DNA from: an uncultured bacterium
GTDB taxonomy: Bacteria > Abyssobacteria > SURF-5
Length of the DNA: 43,337 nucleotides
NCBI GenBank assembly: GCA_964510165.1
Contig: CAZEBC010000009.1
Span: 3,758-47,094 of the forward strand
Reading direction: 5' to 3'
In this document: in pieces, positions 36,584-43,337 of the stretch
Position numbering within the stretch: the first letter of the stretch is position 1
Layout: each line of letters opens with the position of its first letter
The notes under the pieces: model-generated
Told to the model about the DNA's origin: nothing
The model's database searches: none
Seen by the model: the letters and a program-made list of their open reading frames with translations, nothing else
Made by a program: the position numbers and the translations under genes

Positions 36584-38075
36584 TTGTCGAATCGCGTTTG
36601 GACATGGACTTGAGCCACGCCCGCGCGACGGCGCGGTCGTCAAACTCTACAGTCCTGTCCTTGAACACCTGATAAGTCTCGTGTCCTTTGCCGGCGATCA
36701 CGACGATATCTCCGGCCTCCGCGGTGGCGAGCGCCTCCTCGATGGCCTCGCGACGGTCTATCATGACCAGGTAGTTCTGTCCTCGTTCCTTGCCCATTTT
36801 CTGGAATCCGATCTCGACATCGAGCGCTATCCGATACGGGTCTTCAGAGCGCGGATTGTCGCTCGTTACAACGGTGAAATCGGCCTGCGAGGCCGCAAGC
36901 TTTCCCATGATCGGCCTCTTCGAACGGTCCCTGTCGCCCCCCGCTCCAAAAACCGCGATAAGTTTTCCCCTGCAAATCGAGCGGGCAGACTTGAGCAGAA
37001 GCTCCATGGCTTCGGGCGTATGCGCATAGTCAACTATTACCTCGAACGGCTGCCCTTCACAAATGCGCTCGAAACGTCCGGGCACCAGATCAAGCGTCTC
37101 AAGCCCTTTCTTAATGGTCGGAAGATCAATGCCGAGCGCGATACACACGCCGGTTGCGGCGAGCGCATTGTACACGCTGTGGCGCCCCAGCAGCTTCAGA
37201 GTCACCGGAAACGCGCCTTGTGCAGTCAAAATGTTAAACGAGGTGTGTGATGAAGCGATCTCGATATTCTCGGCTCGAATGTTCGCCGCCCTGTTGATGC
37301 CGAACGTGAGCTTGGGAGCTTTGGTCGCCGCGGCTATTTCTTCTCCCCGCGCGTCGTCAGCGCTGATTACCGCATAGACGGCCCTCTCCCCGTTCTTGAG
37401 GAGTTCGAACAGGTGACGCTTCGCGCTGAAGTACTCGTCCATCGAGCGATGATAATCAAGGTGATCGAGCGAGAGGTTGGTGTAGACGGCCACCTTGAAC
37501 TGCAGGGCCTCGACCCGGTGCTGATGGAGTGCGTGAGAAGAGACTTCCATCACGAAATGTCTGTTGCCGGCATCCACCGCCCGTTTGAGCGCAGAACTTA
37601 TGTGAACGGGACCGGGAGTCGTGTTGCGCGCCCGCTCGGTCTGGCCCGCGACCGAATAGCATATCGTCCCGATGCCGGATGAAGGAAGGCCCGCCGCGTC
37701 GAGCACCGACCGAGTCAGATAAAGCGTCGAACTCTTTCCATTCGTCCCGGTGATTCCCACAAGGTTCAGTTTTCTGGAGGGATATCCGTAGAACGCCTCG
37801 GCCAAGAAGGCCGCGGCGATGCGGCTGTTTGGAACATTCACGAACACCGCGCGCAGGGGTTCCTGGACCGGGTGCTCTCCGACGACCGCGACGGCGCCTC
37901 GCTCGAGGGCATGTCTTACGTAACGGTGCCCGTCTTCGGCGGTCCCGGCAATCGCGACAAACAGATGGCCGGGATGCACTTCGCGGGAGTCCGTCGAGAC
38001 GCCCGTGATCTCCGGGTCGGCCTGGCCATCCACCTCTTTCTCTTCAAGAGCTTCCAACAACTTCCCCAGTTTCAT
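36561..38075 (-). CDS. murE: UDP-MurNAc-dipeptide--meso-diaminopimelate ligase
   Basis: TGTNGKS, MEVSSH, DHLDYH, DYAHTP, SDNPR (DAP-type), AGKGHE. Confidence 0.97.
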   Translation of the reverse strand: MKLGKLLEALEEKEVDGQADPEITGVSTDSREVHPGHLFVAIAGTAEDGHRYVRHALERGAVAVVGEHPVQEPLRAVFVNVPNSRIAAAFLAEAFYGYPSRKLNLVGITGTNGKSSTLYLTRSVLDAAGLPSSGIGTICYSVAGQTERARNTTPGPVHISSALKRAVDAGNRHFVMEVSSHALHQHRVEALQFKVAVYTNLSLDHLDYHRSMDEYFSAKRHLFELLKNGERAVYAVISADDARGEEIAAATKAPKLTFGINRAANIRAENIEIASSHTSFNILTAQGAFPVTLKLLGRHSVYNALAATGVCIALGIDLPTIKKGLETLDLVPGRFERICEGQPFEVIVDYAHTPEAMELLLKSARSICRGKLIAVFGAGGDRDRSKRPIMGKLAASQADFTVVTSDNPRSEDPYRIALDVEIGFQKMGKERGQNYLVMIDRREAIEEALATAEAGDIVVIAGKGHETYQVFKDRTVEFDDRAVARAWLKSMSKRDSTNGHNDAH

Positions 38076-40114
38076 GATGCATCTTTCTGCCTGAAAGCAA
38101 TCTGAACTCTACGTCCGGTGACAATCTTTGCGCCGGGAGCCGGGTCTTGACTGAAGGCCACGCCCGAGCCCTCAAACTCAAACTCGAGCGAGTATACGGC
38201 AAGTGACTCAAGCACCGCTTTCATGGTCATTCCCCTCACATCGGGCATGCGAGGCAATCCGTCGGACTCCTCAAGTTGAGGATCCCGCCTGGCGGGGCCT
38301 TTCGGTTTTCTCACGATCCGCGGCGTGAGTTGCGGACTCGCCTGTTCCTCCGGCATAGTGGGCGGAAGCTCGAGGGCATAGATAATTCCCTCCGCGATCT
38401 CCTTGAAAGCGGGCGCCGACACCTGCCCGCCGTAGTATTCGCCCTTGGGCGAATCCACGACGACCGCTATGCACGCCACCGGGTCATCAACGGGCAGAAA
38501 ACCCGCGAACACTGCGACGTACTTGTCGCGATAATAACCCCCGGTCTGGAGGTTCGCCTTTTGCGCCGTGCCGGTCTTGCCCGCGCAGGTGTATCCCTTG
38601 ATTCTTGCCGCGGTACCGGTCCCCTCTGTCACCACACGCGCCATCATATTGCTCAAACTCCGAGCCACATCGGGCCTGATCACCTGTCTGACGGGCTGAG
38701 GCTGGTTCTTCTTGATGACATCTCCATCCGGACTGAGCACCTCGGAAACCACATAAGGCTTCATCAGTTGTCCGTTGTTCGCAATGGCCGAATAAGCGGC
38801 CGCGAGCTGGAGCGCAGTGACGCTCAATTCCTGTCCGATGGGCAGCGCCCCCATCGAGAGGCCGGACCACTTTGACGGCGGACGGAGGAGACCGGCAGCT
38901 TCTCCAGGCAAGTCTATGCTGGTGAGTTGGGCGAAACCGAAACCTCTGATGCAGTCATAAAGCGACTGCGGCTGCATCAGGCTCACGACCTTTATCATGC
39001 CGATGTTGCTGGACTGAGCGATTACGTCGGCAAAAGATATCTCTCCGAGGGGGTGGACGTCGTTGAAGGTGTGGCCGTGATATCGCATGGCGCCAAGCTC
39101 ACAATACACGCGATCTTCGGGGGAGATCACCTTTCGTTCAAGCGCGGCCGCAGCCGCTATCGGCTTGAACGTGGAGCCTGGCTCGAAACTATCTGCTATG
39201 ACACGGTTTCGAAGCCTCTCTGACTTATACGTAGCGGGCCTGCTTGGGTCGAACGTCGGCCGGCAGGCCATGCCCAGAACTTCGCCTGTTTTCGGGTTCA
39301 ACACAACTGCCGACGCGCTTTCGGGCGAAAATGACTCCATCACTCCGTCCAGCGCCTTCTCAGTAATATACTGAATGCCCTCGTCTATTGTCAAGACAAC
39401 GTGATTGCCGTCGCGCGCCTCGCGCACCGTTTGGGTCAGGAACGGAATCTGACGGCGGGAATTGTCTTTTATCACGATCTTCTTGCCGGCTTCCCCGGCA
39501 AGTTCCGTGTCATACCTTAATTCGACCCCCTCCATGCCGATCCCCTCGATGTTCGCGAACCCGACCACGTTGCTGGCGAGGAAGCCCTTCGGATACCGGC
39601 GCGAACTCTCGCTCCGGAACTCAACCCCCTTGAGATTCATCGCCTTAACCTTGTCCGCGGTCTCCGGGTCGAGTCCGCGTCGCAGATAGACCAAGTGAAG
39701 CTTGGTGTCCCTGACCTTCGCGATGATCCTGTCGGCGGACATTCCGGCATAGGGCGCGAGCGCTTTCGCAAGTTCCGGCAGGTTCTCGACCTTGGCCGGG
39801 GCTACGCACAGGACTTCTTCGACAATCGAAGTGGCAAGCAATGACGTCGTGCGGCCTTGTGTAGTCATCTTGCGGCAATAGATGGTCCCTCGCCTAGGAG
39901 GAATGAGAATTGACGTCTTCCTTTGCTCATCCACGTACTTGACCCAGTCATCGTGATCCACCACCTGGAGCTTGACCAGTTTGATCCCCACCGTCAAAAA
40001 CCCCATCAACAGGAGGCAGACGCATAAAATCACTCGTTTGCGGCTCGAACTCTCGATCTTTTCGCCAGCAAGAACGGAACCGGGACACTTGAATGCAATG
40101 TCTGTTTGCATCAT
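38072..40114 (-). CDS. ftsI: Class B penicillin-binding protein FtsI with C-terminal PASTA domain
   Basis: TM anchor, RGTI, RRYP, EPGSTFK (SxxK), SSN, GKTGT, PASTA-like MPDVRGM...QDPAPG. Confidence 0.93.
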   Translation of the reverse strand: MMQTDIAFKCPGSVLAGEKIESSSRKRVILCVCLLLMGFLTVGIKLVKLQVVDHDDWVKYVDEQRKTSILIPPRRGTIYCRKMTTQGRTTSLLATSIVEEVLCVAPAKVENLPELAKALAPYAGMSADRIIAKVRDTKLHLVYLRRGLDPETADKVKAMNLKGVEFRSESSRRYPKGFLASNVVGFANIEGIGMEGVELRYDTELAGEAGKKIVIKDNSRRQIPFLTQTVREARDGNHVVLTIDEGIQYITEKALDGVMESFSPESASAVVLNPKTGEVLGMACRPTFDPSRPATYKSERLRNRVIADSFEPGSTFKPIAAAAALERKVISPEDRVYCELGAMRYHGHTFNDVHPLGEISFADVIAQSSNIGMIKVVSLMQPQSLYDCIRGFGFAQLTSIDLPGEAAGLLRPPSKWSGLSMGALPIGQELSVTALQLAAAYSAIANNGQLMKPYVVSEVLSPDGDVIKKNQPQPVRQVIRPDVARSLSNMMARVVTEGTGTAARIKGYTCAGKTGTAQKANLQTGGYYRDKYVAVFAGFLPVDDPVACIAVVVDSPKGEYYGGQVSAPAFKEIAEGIIYALELPPTMPEEQASPQLTPRIVRKPKGPARRDPQLEESDGLPRMPDVRGMTMKAVLESLAVYSLEFEFEGSGVAFSQDPAPGAKIVTGRRVQIAFRQKDAS

Positions 40115-40165
40115 AAAGGTGTACCGAATGATGGCCGGTCAAAGCGGCGGCCCTAAAGAGACGAC

Positions 40166-40657
40166 CTATCCCGAATGTCCCGCGCCGTGAGACTGAGGGT
40201 GCTGCATGGATACGCTCCCGGAATGCGTGTTCGTCTCGGAAGAGCCGAGAATGTCCTGCGTGCCGCCGAACTTGCTCTCCTCGGCGGCGAGGATTCCGGG
40301 AGGGGATTCGGGCGGATTGACTGGTTCGTCCACGGCTACTACTTGCCACTTTTCCGGCGATACCATTCCCAGTTTTCTTCGGGCAATGGATTCGATACGA
40401 GCGGGAGCTTGCAGTTGTTCGATGCGAAGGCGGATGGAATCGTTTCGCTTGACAAGGTCGCTTTGCCTGGAACGAAGTTCGTTGATGGGAAGACCGGTTA
40501 TGTTTATGCGGGTATAAAGCCACGCATATACGAAAGCAGTCACGATAAGCGGCGCAACAAAGGGCGCCAGACGCATGAAATCCTTGAAGTTGCGCCCCTT
40601 CAGGGCTCGCATGCGTCTCTTCTTCTTGACTGCGGACTTCGTCTGTCGGGCTTTCAA
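40166..40657 (-). CDS. ftsL: Cell division protein FtsL-like
   Basis: Basic N-terminus, TM, coiled coil, PARIESIARRKLGMVSP; lies between rsmH and ftsI; TTG overlaps the rsmH stop. Confidence 0.85.
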   Translation of the reverse strand: MKARQTKSAVKKKRRMRALKGRNFKDFMRLAPFVAPLIVTAFVYAWLYTRINITGLPINELRSRQSDLVKRNDSIRLRIEQLQAPARIESIARRKLGMVSPEKWQVVAVDEPVNPPESPPGILAAEESKFGGTQDILGSSETNTHSGSVSMQHPQSHGAGHSG

Positions 40658-41619
40658 TTAACACTCTCCATTGCGATCTTCTCAGCCGCCCTCAATCGAG
40701 CGCTTCGTGAACGGGGATTCCTCTCGATCTCCGCGCTTGACGGCCTGATCGGTTTGGGTGTCAATATCCTTAAGATGGGCTGTCGGCCGCATACGCATTT
40801 CGGAAACTCGGCCGGACAGATGCAGCCTCGCGCAGCACGGGCAAATGTCTGTTTGACGATTCGGTCCTCGAGCGAGTGAAACGAGATGACGCAGACGCGG
40901 CCCCCCGGCCTGAGCGCCGCGATGCCCTCGTTCAAAGCCTCGGCGAGACTCTCAAGCTCGGAATTCACCTCGATGCGAAGCGCCTGAAATGTGCGCGTGG
41001 CCGGGTCGAGCCGCGCTCGCGATCCTGAAAGCGCGCACCCCCGCACGATGTCGGCGAGCCGCGTGGTCGTTAAAATCGGATTCTGCGAACGTTCCCTGAC
41101 CAGCGCCCGCGCGATCCTGCGGGCGTTCGGTTCCTCGCCGTATCTCTTGATGATTTCTGCCAACTGTTTCTCCGAGTATGCATTCACTATTTCGGCGGCC
41201 GTCTTGCCGCTGCTTCGGTCCATCCGCATGTCCAGAGGGCCTTCCTTCATGAAGCTGAATCCCCTTCTTGCATCCTCGATTTGGAACGAAGAAAGGCCAA
41301 CATCGAACAGCACGGCGTCAATCCTCTCAATGCCCAGTCGCTTAAGTATCTCCGCCAGATTCCTGAAGTTGTCGTGCGCCAGTGTGACTGCCGGGTGACT
41401 CCCGATACGCCCGCGCACACGTTCAATGGCTTCCGTGTCGCCATCAATCCCAATGAGCCGCCCGGTTTCGCCCACTCGCCCGAGGATGCGCTCAGCATGG
41501 CCGCCACCGCCAACCGTGGCGTCCACCACCACGCTGCCCGGCTTGCATCCGAGCAATTCGACGGCCTCTTCAGCCAGCACAGGCTCATGCGCCGGCGAAG
41601 CCCCGGAGTTCTCAGACAT
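40654..41619 (-). CDS. rsmH: 16S rRNA m4C1402 methyltransferase
   Basis: HEPVL, DATVGGGGH, GLSSFQ, PLDMRM, TFQALRIEVN, SFHSLEDR, NPRSRSARLR; GGAG before ATG 41619. Confidence 0.97.
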   Translation of the reverse strand: MSENSGASPAHEPVLAEEAVELLGCKPGSVVVDATVGGGGHAERILGRVGETGRLIGIDGDTEAIERVRGRIGSHPAVTLAHDNFRNLAEILKRLGIERIDAVLFDVGLSSFQIEDARRGFSFMKEGPLDMRMDRSSGKTAAEIVNAYSEKQLAEIIKRYGEEPNARRIARALVRERSQNPILTTTRLADIVRGCALSGSRARLDPATRTFQALRIEVNSELESLAEALNEGIAALRPGGRVCVISFHSLEDRIVKQTFARAARGCICPAEFPKCVCGRQPILRILTPKPIRPSSAEIERNPRSRSARLRAAEKIAMESVN

Positions 41620-42055
41620 CCGCTCCAACTGATTTCGCGAAGGGGACTGTTCCGGACTTTCGAAGACAGAGCGTCGCTGCAATGGGGCTTTGCTCAAACG
41701 CTTCATCCCGCTTGCCGCCGAAACTGGCCACTGCCTCCTCTTCGGTGCCGAAGATATCGAACACCTTCGAGGCGCCCACCATGCTGAGGCACTTGCGAGT
41801 GACCCTATTGAGTCCCGCGAGCTTCAGGTCGCCGCTCAGTCTTCGGACCTGCCTGAGGCGCTCAAGAAGGGTGCCGACCCCCATGTAATTGATCTGGACC
41901 ACTCTTCGCATGTCCACCACGATGTTGTATTGCTCCTCGTCTATGAGCTGCATGAGGGCTTTCTTGAGGAGCTTCGAGGTGGAGGTATCGAGATTACCAG
42001 ATACCTTCAGGACCGCCACGTTGTCGACTTCTACCGTTTCGAATTCTACTCCCAC
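41612..42055 (-). CDS. STAS-domain (anti-sigma-factor antagonist-like) protein
   Basis: VLKVSGNLD, IVVDMRRV..I..G...L, GDLKLAG, FDIF.TEEEAVASF; GGAGG at 42066-42070 before GTG 42055. Confidence 0.88.
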   Translation of the reverse strand: MGVEFETVEVDNVAVLKVSGNLDTSTSKLLKKALMQLIDEEQYNIVVDMRRVVQINYMGVGTLLERLRQVRRLSGDLKLAGLNRVTRKCLSMVGASKVFDIFGTEEEAVASFGGKRDEAFEQSPIAATLCLRKSGTVPFAKSVGADV

Positions 42056-42097
42056 TTTGCATTGCCCTCCTTTGACCGCTTGCCCCAAGATGTAGTA

Positions 42098-42541
42098 TCA
42101 TTTGCCCTGCGAGTGCGCGTTCAAAGATGCCGTCACCGCACGCAAGCTTGTTCGCTCGCGGAACTCCTGCCACTTCTCAGGTGGCCATATCTCCATGTGG
42201 TTCAGTGCGCCGATAATCACTACTTCGCGGTCAATGCCCGTCTCTTCGCATTGCTCCTTTCGCAAAAGTATTCTGCCCTGCTTGTCTATTGTCACATCGA
42301 ACGCATCTGACAACCGAAGGCGGATATAGTCTTGCTTGGTTTCCTCGGTGAACTCCCAGGAGTTCATCTCATTGCAGAGTTCCTGAAAAACATTGAGAGG
42401 ATATACGGAAAGGTGAGTGCCATCGTTTACAACGTACACACGGTCAATATTCTCAGCAGCCAGAATTTCCCGGAATTTGGCCGGTATTATCAGGCGATTC
42501 TTGTCGTCAAGCGAATATCTATAATTGCCTGAGAATATCAA
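42098..42541 (-). CDS. mraZ: Division/cell wall cluster transcriptional repressor MraZ
   Basis: Two DxxxR motifs (LDDKNRLIIPAKFR, IDKQGRI), MEIW; TTG 42541 has GGGAG upstream; alternative ATG at 42568. Confidence 0.92.
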   Translation of the reverse strand: MIFSGNYRYSLDDKNRLIIPAKFREILAAENIDRVYVVNDGTHLSVYPLNVFQELCNEMNSWEFTEETKQDYIRLRLSDAFDVTIDKQGRILLRKEQCEETGIDREVVIIGALNHMEIWPPEKWQEFRERTSLRAVTASLNAHSQGK

Positions 42542-42553
42542 GTGTCGGAGACT

Positions 42554-42599
42554 CCCACTTCGTACCATTTATTTACTAAGATTTCCCACATTGTACCAC
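42554..42599 (-). promoter_or_regulatory. MraZ-binding direct repeats
   Basis: GTGG (42596-99), GTGGG (42585-89), ATGG (42565-68) and GTGGG (42554-58) at about 10-nt phasing, overlapping the -10. Confidence 0.75.
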
Positions 42600-42618
42600 A
42601 TCCCCTCCCCCGTGTCAA
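42590..42618 (-). promoter_or_regulatory. Sigma70 promoter of the dcw operon
   Basis: TTGACA-17 nt-TACAAT with a TG extension and an upstream A-tract. Confidence 0.85.
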
Positions 42619-42830
42619 GCACTTTTTTTGACCCGACAATATCTCCCTTACCCGTTTATTTGTAATGACTTCCGCGAACTGTGGGCATATTCTCGTAACG
42701 CCGCCAACCACCGCCCCGACCAGACCGACAGGCCCCCACCCGTCCCCACATCCGCCGAGTCTGCGCGACTCCAGAGAGCGAAAGAATGACCCTCTGAACC
42801 TCCTTCGACAAACTGAACGATATTCGGAAT

Positions 42831-42859
42831 TTGACATATGGCGGTTCTTCTGATACAAT
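42831..42859 (+). promoter_or_regulatory. Sigma70 promoter of the VOC gene
   Basis: TTGACA-17 nt-TACAAT with a TGn extension. Confidence 0.8.
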
Positions 42860-42908
42860 CCCTCCCAAGCAATTGTCCCCTCTCGGCAGATGTTCAGGAG
42901 GAAAGAAA

Positions 42909-43283
42909 GTGAAGTTCGAGTTCGACCACGTGCATCTCAACTCGAGCAACGCCGAGGAGGCCGCCAATTTCTACGTGGACAAGTTCGGCGGGCAAAAATC
43001 CGGGGAACTCGAGGTCGCGGGCACACGCATGGTGGTCGTTGATTTTGCGGGCACTCGGTTGCTCATCAACGAGCGGCCGCCGAGCGGCCCGCCCGCAGGC
43101 TCGGGCGTGGATCATATAGGGTTTCGCGTGACCGACCTGGACGCCGCAGCCGCTGAACTAAAACGCAAAGGGGCTGACTTCGCACTCGACCCCGTGAGTC
43201 TGGGCCCGGACGTGAAGATTGCCTTTGTCAGCGGCCCCGACAGTATCATGATCGAACTATCTCAAGAAAGCGGGCGAAGGTAA
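42909..43283 (+). CDS. VOC/glyoxalase family protein
   Basis: FDHVHL...FY..FG, VDHIGFRV.DL, IAFVSGPD..IEL; AGGAGG RBS before GTG 42909. Confidence 0.9.
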   Translation: MKFEFDHVHLNSSNAEEAANFYVDKFGGQKSGELEVAGTRMVVVDFAGTRLLINERPPSGPPAGSGVDHIGFRVTDLDAAAAELKRKGADFALDPVSLGPDVKIAFVSGPDSIMIELSQESGRR

Positions 43284-43337
43284 CTAGCGAAAAAACACAT
43301 TTAGAAATATAATTTATATACCACGGGACACGCGGGA

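Noticed and set aside
43284-43337. AT-rich end containing TATAAT
   Set aside because: Possibly a promoter for a gene beyond the window, but no -35 or downstream gene is visible to support it.
1-43337. CRISPR arrays, rRNA, transposases, prophage or defence genes
   Set aside because: No regularly spaced repeats or matching protein motifs were seen; nearly all sequence is accounted for by the listed genes.

Overview
A GC-rich, gene-dense bacterial chromosomal segment, almost entirely on the minus strand, from a diderm (lpxK present; MurE has the DAP-type DNPR motif). The glycyl-radical activase and FmdE genes suggest an anaerobe. From right to left: (1) a divergent VOC/glyoxalase gene. (2) A near-complete dcw operon: mraZ - STAS protein - rsmH - ftsL - ftsI - murE - murF - mraY - murD - ftsW - murG - murC - murB - ftsQ - ftsA - ftsZ. 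It has no ddl, has a sigma70 promoter with MraZ boxes, and is followed by a B12-binding-type radical SAM gene and a secreted two-repeat protein. (3) smpB-ssrA (tmRNA) running into an amidase - GerMN - divergent polysaccharide deacetylase - tsaD - dusB block. (4) pilT-like ATPase - dprA - lpxK, preceded by a near-consensus sigma54 site. (5) A putative operon headed by an orphan glycyl-radical activating enzyme, followed by three GT-C/TPR membrane glycosyltransferases and a DPM1-like GT2. (6) A stand-alone acyl-CoA synthetase ATP-grasp subunit, an FmdE protein whose stop codon lies in a REP-like element, and an MMPL/RND exporter that runs off the left edge. I saw no CRISPR array, rRNA, tRNA, integrase or transposase. 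All product calls come from motifs read by eye; no database searches were run.
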